DNA of 64,000 bases from an uncultured virus (IMG/VR IMGVR_UViG_3300042540_001084) (taxonomy: Duplodnaviria; Heunggongvirae; Uroviricota; Caudoviricetes). This document shows positions 19,338 to 30,700 of this stretch, one piece after another (position 1 is the stretch's first letter; each line of letters opens with the position of its first letter). Below the pieces are notes generated by a model. The model ran no database searches and had not been told where the DNA came from. It saw only the letters and a program-made list of their open reading frames with translations. A program made the translations under genes and the position numbers. The stretch is from IMG/VR virus record IMGVR_UViG_3300042540_001084; one strand, given 5' to 3'.

Positions 19338-22300
19338 ATGCCAAGTCCATTAGATTTTCCTAGCTCAGAAGTTTTTAGAAAAAAATTAGTAGTAAGGAAT
19401 CTCGTGCCATATAAAAAGTCTTATGCTTTTAGTCCTCCACAGAACTATGAAGTTATACAAAGAGACTTATCACCCGTAGATAGTAACGATGCTTTAATTG
19501 ATACTCCTGTTTTTGCAAACGATTTATATCCATTAAATCAATATGGTGCTGATGGGGGTTATACACAAGTTGCCAATCCAAATACCTTAAACAATACTAA
19601 TTCAAATGAGGGTGAATATGGATTCCAAGATGCTGATTTAGTTGATGAAGGACCACAAGCTGCTCAGGTAGGATTTCCCGGTGTTGCACCTGCTTGGAAA
19701 CCATTAAATGTTTTTGGTAATAATTCAAACGCGGTTTTAGATTCTGCTCCGTTTTTTGATAGTTTTGATACGGTTAGCCCAAGTTTAGCTGGACAAAAGT
19801 ATTATAACAATCAACCATACCCAACATTTGTTTCGTCTTTTTACTCACCATCTTCAATCCTTTTAAGAAATGACCCACAAGGTAGTGATGGGTTGTTGAG
19901 TCAAGACTCGTTTATTGCACAATTAGGTGCTCGTAGACTTAAAGATGGTTTTGAACAACGAATTGCTGATGGTATTAGACAAAATACTTTAGACCGTATA
20001 AACATATTAAATGCTGCTGGTGGTACAGGTATATTGAATATAATAATGGGTAGAACACCCATATTAGAACCTGTATACAAAATTACTGTTGGTGGAACTG
20101 TTTTAGGTGCTGCGGCCGATTTTATTGCTAGGATTTCAGGGACTTATGCCCCATACTCAATTATACCTGGTTCATATTGGGACCCATCAATTAATTCTAA
20201 ACAAGGGTTTACAACACAACAATTGGCGGGGGCATATTCCCAAGCTAATTTATTTTCAGGTTTAGGTAGATTTTTTGGTAGATTATTAGGGTCACCTAAA
20301 TCGGGTTCAGTGTTGTTTTTAGAAAATACAGGAACAGGAACAAAAAATTTATTATTTGGTAATTTAGATTACAACAGATATAAGCCAGGATACAACAGAA
20401 CATTCTTTGATAGGTTAAGAGGTGGTTTAGTTGGTGGAACAGAAGATGATTCGAATTATTATATTGGTTCACCTAAGTCTGAACCTGGTGATATTTTTTC
20501 ACCATCTGGTGATTTACCTGTTGACCAATTTGGTAGAGAAATATCTGCACCTGTATATGGTCCACAAGAACTCGCTCAGTTATATGAAGGACCGAGTAAG
20601 GCTGTTAAGTTGGGGGCTAACGGACCGACATACAGTAGTGGTGGTGATATATTAGGAGGATTTACTTGGGTGTCACCTAAGTATAGAGGTAACGCTGGTA
20701 AAAAAGTTGGTATAGGTGGTGAAATAATTGCTGATGACCCTGACTTCCCGTCATTAGGTTATCAGAACACAGAATCAACTAATAATGATTTTAGGGATGG
20801 TTCTATTTTAGACCAAACTCAAAGACTTATTGATTCCCAACCAAGAGGTGGTAGAAGACTACAACACGTAGGAAACGCTATTGACCAAGTATCTAAAGTC
20901 TTTAATGATGGTTACAAAGAACTTACAAAAGGTTCAAGAGTTATTAGATATGTTGGCGCAACTGGACAAGAAAGAGGTGCGGAATATTGTAGAGTTTTCC
21001 AAAAAGATACTCCTTATTTACAATACAATGATTTACAAAAACAAGATGGTATTACAACCTCAGGTAGAAAGTTTGCATACTCTGTTTTAGACAATACATA
21101 CAACTTAAACATTGCTCCAATGAAGGGTAATGACTCTACAAATATCACACCTGAAGGTGCTAAAAAATATATGTTCTCTATTGAAAACTTAGCTTGGAGA
21201 ACATCAAACAGACCTGGTTTAAGTGTTCAAGATTTACCTGTGTGTGAGAGAGGACCTAATGGTGGTCGAGTTATGTGGTTCCCACCTTATGGTTTAGAGT
21301 TTAGTGAGCAAGTACAAGCCAACTTTAAACCAACTGACTTTATTGGTAGAGTAGAACCTGTATACACATATAACAACACATCAAGAACTGGAAGTCTACA
21401 ATGGCAAATTGTTGTCGACCACCCATCAGTGTTAAACTTAATTGTTAATCGAGTATTAGCTAATGAACAGTCAAGAGAAAGAGTTCAAGGGTTGTTAGAT
21501 TCGTTCTTTGCAGGTTGTAAAAAATATGACTTATATGAGTTGGCTGAAAAATACTACCAATTCAACACACAAGATTTATTTGAAATTCAACAAAAAATCC
21601 AAAGTAAAAATGTTACAACTGAAGAGATAAGATATCTTGTTAATACGGTACAAACAGGTGATGGGTCAACAGGGGCGAATGGAACTCCTGGTGGTGGTAA
21701 TACTAATATTGGGTCACAAACGGCAAACAATACGGACCAAACTAAAACTTACTTGGAAAGTTTTAACAATTATGGTTTGTATTTTGAAAACGATTACCCA
21801 CTTAAAGACCAAACTGTTGAAAATTATACTAGTTATTATTCTGTTTATACAAACGCTAATACGAGAGCAATTTATGACAGAGATAGTGCCAACCCATCTG
21901 CGGTAAACAACTTCTTCCCAAGTGTTATTGAGTTTAATAAGAATAAACTACAGGAGATGTTGTATAAGTTAGATGAAACTTTAAAAATTAATCCTGACGC
22001 AAAAGTTGAGTTAATATTAGAAGGTAGTGCGTCAAAACCACAAACCGTAAATTATAACGACGCTCTATCCCAAAGAAGATTGGATTCTGTTGTTCAATAC
22101 ATCCGTTCTATTGGACAATTGGCAAATGCTATTGACGTAACAAAACAATTAACTTTAGTATTAATACCGAAAGGTGAAAATACAACTGTACAACCTGTTG
22201 GTCAAAATAATATGAAATTTGAGACATTTAATTGTGCTAATTTGGATGCTGATAGATTATCAAGACCTGAAGCCATCTATAGTGTAAATGCGATGTCTTG

Positions 22301-24404
22301 TAGAAGGGTTAAATTCAATCTTAATGTCAATATCCCAAGTGTACCAAAAACACCACCAATTATTGACCAATCATCACCAAAATATCAATCACAGATATCA
22401 ACAGAGGTTTCAACCAAAACAACTGTAGAACAAGTTGTTGAAACAACAACAAGTCTTAGAGATAATATCACTAAAAGAGTTTTAAGAAAATTATTATCTG
22501 AGTGTGACTATTTTGAATTGATTAGACAAGAAACCCCTATGGTTTATGACAACCTTAGAGATAAATTAAAATTCTTTCACCCTGCATTCCATTCAATAAC
22601 ACCTGAAGGTTTAAACGGTAGACTAACATTCTTACAACAGTGTATGAGACCTGGTGATACAATACCTACGGTTAAAAACGCTACTGACGGGTCATCATCG
22701 TTAGAATACAATAATGCTGTAAACACTGCGTTTGGCGCGCCACCTGTCTTAATATTAAGAGTTGGGGATTTCTACCATTCTAAAATTATACCAAATTCTT
22801 TAGGTATTTCATATGAGCAATTAGATTTAAATCCTGAAGGTATTGGTGTCCAACCTATGATTGCTAAAATTCAATTATCATTCAATTTTGTTGGTGGACA
22901 AGGATTAAAAACGGCGGTTGATAAATTACAAAATGCGTTGTCATTTAACTTCTACGCTAATACTGAAATTTATGACGACAGAGCAGACGCCACTGATGAT
23001 AGTTATAAAATTTTAGACCAACAGTTTATCAAAAACTTAGGTATTGAAGTTCCACCACCTGTAGTAACTGATACTGAAGATGAACAAACTGAGTCAAACG
23101 CTGAGACTATTGGTAAAGTTTTAACAACCGAAATTGGTGAAAATGAGACGACAGGTACAATTGATTATCAACAATTTATGACGCAGTTTGTTGGGTCAAC
23201 ACAAAATTATTTTACAACAGTATTAAATAAAAATAAGGATATTTTGAAACAATATAATAATGCTGTTAGACAAATTATTGCTTACAATAGAAATTATCAA
23301 TATGGAGATTTTTATTACAATATTGAACAAAAGTATATCTTTGGTAAACCATCAACAATCCAACAATCAGTTGATTCTGTTTTCTCTAAATTTATAAATG
23401 ATATTGATGATAATCTTGAAGGGTTTATGCTTTGGATGAGTAATCCAACCAAAAACTTCTCTAACAAATCAATTAGGCAATTGAAAGAGAATTATATTAG
23501 TTTTATTAGAAATAAACAAAGTGGTTTCCAAAATGCTTTAACATCAATAATTAACGAATTAGTTAACACACAAACTTCTTACATCCAACAATTAAATAGG
23601 ACTAATGTTATTACATACCCTAACTTAAAAGATGGTACTGATGGATTTAAAGAGTCTAATGGTAACATTGTTGTTTATGAGATAGAAGGTACGGATAAAG
23701 TATCTGCAAATTATGCGGGGGCGACAAAATCTACTTACAATGAATTAACTGATGATTTGACAACAATAACCGACAGTCTTTTCCAATTCACACTTGATAT
23801 TGAAAATACTGAAGAGTTTACGTTTGATAATCAACAATATGAATCATCTTTAATACCATCTGTTGGTGATACTGAAAACTATGATAGTGGTTCGGTTTTT
23901 GAACCAATAACATTGTTAAAATACCCTGAATTTTGGGAGAATGATTCTAACAGAAGACAGTATTTTATTTTGAATAAAGATGTTACTGATTCTAATTTAT
24001 ATCAATCATTTAAAGATGCGTTAATTGCTAACATATTAAACAATCCAACTATTATTGGAAATCAGGCGACTAACTTTGGGGAACAATTTGACGCTTATTG
24101 GATAGGACCAAGACCCTCAAGCGAAACACCAATTAAGACAATTTACAATTACGAAAATAATGCGGCAACTACTTTCTTGGATGGATTAGCAACGGGTCCG
24201 TTAAAGAAATATGTTATTTACACACCATATAATGATATAAATAAAGGTAGATTATTTACATATACTATAAACACATTACCTGTTCCACCACAAATAGATT
24301 TAATTAAGTCTTTAGGTTTGAAAAATAATTCGGATACTAATAAGACAGTATGGTCAACAGAAATAACAACAGATGTTGTAATCGGTAAAGTTCAATTATT
24401 ATAA
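19338..24404 (+). CDS. large baseplate/tube-initiator protein with an OmpA-like peptidoglycan-binding domain
   Basis: WFPPYGLEFSE...FIGRVEPVYTYNNTSRTGSL and PPVLILRVGDFY resemble tube-initiator (gp48/54-like) domains; LYFEND...LEGSAS...YNDALSQRRLDSV...RRV is OmpA_C-like. Confidence 0.7.
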   Translation: MPSPLDFPSSEVFRKKLVVRNLVPYKKSYAFSPPQNYEVIQRDLSPVDSNDALIDTPVFANDLYPLNQYGADGGYTQVANPNTLNNTNSNEGEYGFQDADLVDEGPQAAQVGFPGVAPAWKPLNVFGNNSNAVLDSAPFFDSFDTVSPSLAGQKYYNNQPYPTFVSSFYSPSSILLRNDPQGSDGLLSQDSFIAQLGARRLKDGFEQRIADGIRQNTLDRINILNAAGGTGILNIIMGRTPILEPVYKITVGGTVLGAAADFIARISGTYAPYSIIPGSYWDPSINSKQGFTTQQLAGAYSQANLFSGLGRFFGRLLGSPKSGSVLFLENTGTGTKNLLFGNLDYNRYKPGYNRTFFDRLRGGLVGGTEDDSNYYIGSPKSEPGDIFSPSGDLPVDQFGREISAPVYGPQELAQLYEGPSKAVKLGANGPTYSSGGDILGGFTWVSPKYRGNAGKKVGIGGEIIADDPDFPSLGYQNTESTNNDFRDGSILDQTQRLIDSQPRGGRRLQHVGNAIDQVSKVFNDGYKELTKGSRVIRYVGATGQERGAEYCRVFQKDTPYLQYNDLQKQDGITTSGRKFAYSVLDNTYNLNIAPMKGNDSTNITPEGAKKYMFSIENLAWRTSNRPGLSVQDLPVCERGPNGGRVMWFPPYGLEFSEQVQANFKPTDFIGRVEPVYTYNNTSRTGSLQWQIVVDHPSVLNLIVNRVLANEQSRERVQGLLDSFFAGCKKYDLYELAEKYYQFNTQDLFEIQQKIQSKNVTTEEIRYLVNTVQTGDGSTGANGTPGGGNTNIGSQTANNTDQTKTYLESFNNYGLYFENDYPLKDQTVENYTSYYSVYTNANTRAIYDRDSANPSAVNNFFPSVIEFNKNKLQEMLYKLDETLKINPDAKVELILEGSASKPQTVNYNDALSQRRLDSVVQYIRSIGQLANAIDVTKQLTLVLIPKGENTTVQPVGQNNMKFETFNCANLDADRLSRPEAIYSVNAMSCRRVKFNLNVNIPSVPKTPPIIDQSSPKYQSQISTEVSTKTTVEQVVETTTSLRDNITKRVLRKLLSECDYFELIRQETPMVYDNLRDKLKFFHPAFHSITPEGLNGRLTFLQQCMRPGDTIPTVKNATDGSSSLEYNNAVNTAFGAPPVLILRVGDFYHSKIIPNSLGISYEQLDLNPEGIGVQPMIAKIQLSFNFVGGQGLKTAVDKLQNALSFNFYANTEIYDDRADATDDSYKILDQQFIKNLGIEVPPPVVTDTEDEQTESNAETIGKVLTTEIGENETTGTIDYQQFMTQFVGSTQNYFTTVLNKNKDILKQYNNAVRQIIAYNRNYQYGDFYYNIEQKYIFGKPSTIQQSVDSVFSKFINDIDDNLEGFMLWMSNPTKNFSNKSIRQLKENYISFIRNKQSGFQNALTSIINELVNTQTSYIQQLNRTNVITYPNLKDGTDGFKESNGNIVVYEIEGTDKVSANYAGATKSTYNELTDDLTTITDSLFQFTLDIENTEEFTFDNQQYESSLIPSVGDTENYDSGSVFEPITLLKYPEFWENDSNRRQYFILNKDVTDSNLYQSFKDALIANILNNPTIIGNQATNFGEQFDAYWIGPRPSSETPIKTIYNYENNAATTFLDGLATGPLKKYVIYTPYNDINKGRLFTYTINTLPVPPQIDLIKSLGLKNNSDTNKTVWSTEITTDVVIGKVQLL

Positions 24405-24405
24405 A

Positions 24406-24729
24406 ATGGCACTTCAGTATTATAATAGATATAACCAATTTTTGATAAACGGACAACAAACAGTTGTTCCCTTTGTCAATATTTCACCAAAACCATCCGA
24501 TAAAGTATACATTTATAAAGTTGGAAGAAGTAGACTTGATAAGGTCTCTCAGGAATATTATGGAACCCCATTCTTTGGTTGGTTAATATTACAAGCCAAT
24601 CCTCAATTTGGTGGTTTAGAAAATAACATATTTGATGGCGCAATATTAACTGTCCCATATCCTTTGATAACATCTTTACAAGATTATAAATCCGCAGTAG
24701 ACACGTATTTCTATTATTATGGCAGGTAA
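24406..24729 (+). CDS. LysM-type baseplate wedge protein (gp53-like)
   Basis: RLDKVSQEYYGTPFFGWLILQANP...GAILTVP. Confidence 0.8.
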   Translation: MALQYYNRYNQFLINGQQTVVPFVNISPKPSDKVYIYKVGRSRLDKVSQEYYGTPFFGWLILQANPQFGGLENNIFDGAILTVPYPLITSLQDYKSAVDTYFYYYGR

Positions 24730-27700
24730 TTCTTTTGGGGATAATTCAGGTAGTATTTATGCAGAGTCATTTGACAATATCATTGTTGTTGACCCTAACA
24801 AAGTTGTGCGTGGTGGTGTAAACGGTCAAACAGTAATTGAAGAAAGATTAGTTGACCACGAAAATTTGGTAATGTATGCCAACTTAGAGTGTGAACTACT
24901 ACCAAGAACAAGGTTAAACGTAGGGGCATCCCCAACGACACAAACCGAAACAATATCCATTGCATCTATTAACTTTTTAAAACCAAACAGTGACCAGTTT
25001 ATGAATACGGGTTACTACGATGATTTAACAGGTTTAAATTCAAATCAAGGTAAAGCAAGACTCCAAAGGTCTGAAGAGGTTGTAGAAGAGTATGGGAGAA
25101 AAGTTTACCGAGGTTCAACAGTTACGGACAAGAATGGTAGGACTATAGACCCCGGGTTGTTAGGTATTACAAGTATTTCGGTAATCACCAAAACATCTTT
25201 TATACCTGAAGTATCGATTGAATTTGAAGATGTTAGAGGTAAAGCATTATTTGAACAAGGAGAACAGTCACCATATGCAGCCTTCTTTCATTTACCATAT
25301 CCACCATTTTATTTAACACTTAAGGGTTACTATGGACAGGCGGTTAGATACCAATTAAATCTACACACATTTGAGGCGAGATTTAATACAATGAGTGGTA
25401 ACTACCAAGTTAGTTGTAAATTTTACGGATACAAATATAACATTTTAAATGAAATTCAGATGGGGCATTTGATTGCATTACCCCATATGTATTCTAAAAC
25501 ATTTACATACACAAACTCTATTGTTGAAACAGAGTCTGCAGATGATAATTCGGCGAACAATGCGGGTCAGAATATTCCGTCAAATGCTCAATCTCAAAAC
25601 AACCTGAGTGTTACTCGAGTTAATGAGAGGGGTAGACAAAAAATGCACGAAGTTTACTCTGAATACAAAGCCAAAGGTTTAATTGATAAGAATTTTCCTG
25701 AACTAACAATAATGGAATTAGGTTACAAATTACAACAATTTGAACAGAACATTATTAATTCATATAGGAAAGTTGATATGCAGCCGATTACGGATGCGAC
25801 ATCTTATAAAAAAACACTTAACCAATATTATAAAAGTGTCAGAGACGCCAAAAATTCTTGGTTTACAACATTTTTGGACCCAAAACCATTTGTTTTAAAG
25901 GATGGTCAGTATGCTTATGTCTTCAAAAAGAATCTAACACAATCACAAAGAGTTACCGCTCAAAGTGAGTTAAGTGCTATTACACAAACATACAATACTA
26001 AGTTGGCACAAAACGGTACGTTTGGTGCTGAAGCAAAACAAAACTTTAAGATACCAAACCCAATAACTCCTTCGATTTATATTGAAAACTTTCAATTGGA
26101 TAATATTGATTGGGAAAAAACATTTATAGACAGAACCTCGATAAAATACCCAACACCTGAAGAAATTAGTGCATTTATTGTAAAAAGTGCTGAACAATAT
26201 TTTAGTGTAGTGGTAGAGGCGACACCCGAAGGATTGAAAGAAGTTAAGAAAAACTTTTATGTTTTTGTTGGTGCCAATAGATTTGACACCATAATAAAAA
26301 GTATGGAATCTCAAATTGACGCTAAAGTTACTGAATTGGAAACCAAATTAAGTGCTGAATTGGCTGATAAAGTAGAAAGAGCTGATACTGGAATTGGATT
26401 TAGACCTACAGTTAGAAATATTAGTGCGGTGATTATGGCATCAACAGAGGCGTTTATCAGATTGATGGATGATGTTCATATTCAGGCATATTCTGTTAGA
26501 CAAGACCCTGTGAGAAAAAATGTTGTTTTAAATAACAATAGTACTTCTATAAAAAGTCCTGATGATGTCAACTACGTTCCGTTAACAGCAAACGCTAGTC
26601 AAGAATTTATAGATAATTCCCAACAACCTGTATACCCTTGGCCACAAGTTTTTGTTGAAAATAACGGTACCGATGACCAACCAAGATATACATTAACATA
26701 TCCTGGTGATATTGCGTTTGTAAATCAATCAAAAGGGTATCTTTACGACAAATGGCCTGAGGTCGAATTTGTTGAAGAATATTTAAAAGGTACTGCGCAA
26801 AGAAATGACCCACCAATTTCACAACCTCCCGCAGACAATGATGCTGCAACAGTAAAAAGATTAAATCTAAATGCTTTAGAATTCCCTAATATTGGGTTAG
26901 CTTATCTTAATAAAGAAGAGTTAAAATATTTTTATGAAATATATGAGAGACAATTAATATACCAATTTTATACAGGATTTGGTAGAGTTACAAATGACAA
27001 TACGTCTAAAACTTTTGTTGGTGACATTATTGGTATTACGGAAGGTACTAACATTATAGAATCTTTAGGATTGAGTAATCCATACTTAACTCAAAAGTTA
27101 AAAGAATATCCTTTTACTGCTAATAATTTTACCCAAACATTAGAAGCGTTTTCAAACCAAGGAACTGGTTTATTTTGGGGTGAATTTATACAAGACATTT
27201 ATATTACACCATATCTTAAGAATTATACTCAGAACCCGTTTTCAATTCTTAGTACAAAATACTTGTCAAATACTGTTTCAAACTCTTTTGTTTCATTACC
27301 ACAAACGCCACAATTACAACAATTCTTAAAGAGTACTAGCACAAACCCAATACAAATTGTAGATACTTTCCCGTTTACAAATCAGGATTGGAACATTAAA
27401 AATTTAAGTCAGTATATTTTAGGTGGTTCGGTTGACGTTGCAAACAACACATCAAACACATATAAAGTTTACGAACCAAAAAATATAATTTCAAATTTTA
27501 CGGGTATTGATGATTATAATACAAACAGACCTGTAACAAACTTTAACTATCTAAACACTGCAATACCGGCACTAACAACAAATGTTAATACGTTTTACAT
27601 AACAAGACAACCAGCAACTTTGTTACCGACAGAAGGTTATGTTGATTACCCAACAACAGGTTTACCCGTAAGAACAACAACCTCTATGTTGAACACACCT

Positions 27701-30700
27701 TATTTTGTTAACGCAATATTGGAGGGTGTTGCTAAAGAAAAGAATAAAGAACAATATCCTTATGTCGCGGCAGCGTTTTTATTCTTAAACTCACTACCAC
27801 TCGCAACATTTAAGGACAGATATAAAACAAATCTTGCTGGTGTGACAACACCTTTAGATTATATTTTTGCAAGTTTCAAAAAGTTTGGTGCGTTACACAA
27901 GGTTCCATATGTTTGGGTATTAAAATATGGTGCGATTTGGCATAGATATAAAACACAAGTACAAACCAATCAGGATATTTTAGGTGGATGTTGGGGTAAT
28001 TTTGATTACAAACAAAACTACGACCCTATTAATCAAAACACCGCCAAGACTTATACATTAAATGGTGTTGGTAAAATAACATTACAAACAGAAACGGTTG
28101 ACAATAATGTTAAATACACCACAATGCAGGTAGGGTTCTACCCTAAATTGATTAATGAGTTCAATTACTTTTACAACTCTCAAGACTTGTATACTGCATA
28201 TACTGATGGTGAAATTAATGAGTCCATTAAAAATGGTTTAAAGATTCAAAACCTTTCAGAATCAAATATTAATAAAAATACAACCAAGGATTTACAAACA
28301 AGGGTTATTGATATTAAAACATATAGTGTTTTATTACCTGATAGTATTACACCATCAGTTCCAAATACAGTTGTTTGTGATGAACCACCAACAACTCCAA
28401 CATATCAATATTATGTAATACCATCGTTTGGGTCACAAATGAACCAAGTGAACAACGCTTGTTTTAGTACTACAGGATTATTAACACAAGAGTTGTATAA
28501 TAATGAAGCGTTATTTAACGGTTCGGTTAGAGCATTTTGGAGTTTACCAAATTACGGTTATTACGATAACCAAACAATATATCGACCTGGTACAGGAAGT
28601 TATATGTTTGATGAAAACAATCTATTTGGTAATGTCCCATTTGAGTTGATTCAGACGAATGAATATTCAAAAATTGATGATGTGTTCTCAGTATTTGACA
28701 AACAAATATTGGACATATTAGAAAATGAATTTTTAAACTTCAGTAAAGCGTTAACAAATTTTAATATCAATGAGGAAAATTCTAATGTAATTGACCCTGG
28801 TGCGTCACTTTCAGTAGGTGGTGGATTTGAACAGTTTTCTGATTTGGAAACAACATACAGAAACTTCCAAAAGATGATGCGTTCATTGATGAGTGTTCAA
28901 ATACCATTAAGTAGCGCCACATCTGAAGATTTATTTGAAACAATAATACAGAGTCAATTCAGTAATTCGATTGCTCAAATCCAAAACATTATGGAATATG
29001 ACGTTGTATTGAGAATGGGTAACCCGACTCGTTACAACAGAAGAGCGGTGGACTCATATATCGGATATATTACTAATACATCTCAAGTAATCAATCCGTT
29101 ACAATTTGGACCATATCAGAACAATTTGCCAACCAATGGTGGTACGGTTAGTTTGCAGAACTCTATAGCGTCAAACCCTGACGCGTGGAGAACACTACAA
29201 CTTGAAGTTGGGTTTTCAACAATACCTGAACTTATTTACGATAATAATGGTTCTTACATAACCGACTTTTTTGTTCAGTCTAATATTAACTTTACGTCTG
29301 CAAATATTACAGAGTTATCACAAGTTATTAGAATGTATGCCACCCAAAGACTTGAAAATCCAAATTTAACTATCACTGAATTTACAGGTCAACTCCAAGG
29401 ATATTTGAACACATATAACGCATTTAAAAACGTTGGTTTAGATAACACACTAATAAATGTAAGAAAGGGATTACCCGAAATTAGTGAATTACCTGAAAAA
29501 ACAATACAGAGTAAGTTTGATTCAAAACAAGCTAAAGTAGATTTATATGAAGCATTCAAAGCATTGAATGATAAGTGGATTGCGGGTACTGATTACAAAC
29601 GATACACCTTATTTGAAGATATGTTGTTCCTTGACAGAGCGTCAAGAAATATTGGAGATAAGGTTGTTGTGGATATTTTCAAGTTAAAACAAATTATCAG
29701 TGAAGACACAATCAACCTTAATATGGGTGTGTTTGTATTTTTAGCAGGTATTTTGACCGATAATCACTTTACGATAATGCCAATGCCTGCGTATGTTAAC
29801 TTTTATAATGTACAAGAACCTACTTTAAACGCGGTACCTAATATACCAAGCACGATTGATTTTGCTAATGAAATGTGGGGAACTTACCTAACTGTTGACT
29901 ACAGAAGGTCAGGACCAAAATTAGTTTGTTTCTATGCCAATAGACCATCATCGTATATTGATACTACAGATAAGAGTGTTAACAATTATTTATTTAGAAC
30001 CGACACTTTTGACTTAAGAAATCCTGTTGGTAACCCAAATGTTGAAAACCAAACAAATAAAACAGATTGGGCGTTATCTAATAGATGTGTTGGATTTACG
30101 GTAGACATTGGGGTTAGAAACCAAAATATATTTTATTCTTTTTCAGTGTCACAAGATAACGGTAAGGCGACCGCTGAATCTGTGTGGACCATAAATAATA
30201 TGGCCAACGCAGCATCTGGTAGAGATACCGCAACACAAAACAACTCGTTGTATAACATTTATCAGAACAGGTCATATCAATGTGATGTGGTTGGTTTAGG
30301 TAATGCGATGATTCAACCAACAATGTATTTCAACCTTAGACACGTACCGATGTTTAATGGTTCTTACTTAATTACTGATGTTACGCACACTATTACACCT
30401 GGTCAGTTTGAAACCAAATTTACGGGTGTTAGACAAAGTGTGTTGTCGTATCCATACACAGAAAACTTATTACAAAGTATTAATCAAAATTTGGTTGGTA
30501 AATTGATAACCGCTGTTACTCAAAGGAAAGATGATGATAAGGGAACCAATGCGACAACTACCCAAGGTAATAATGCAAACGTGTCAACAAATTCTAATAC
30601 ACAACAATCCGCACAAAATTCTTGTGACTCAAAAGTATTGGAAACACCTTATAAACAAGCTGGATATACATCAGTAAGTGGAACTCAAACTAAGTTAACG

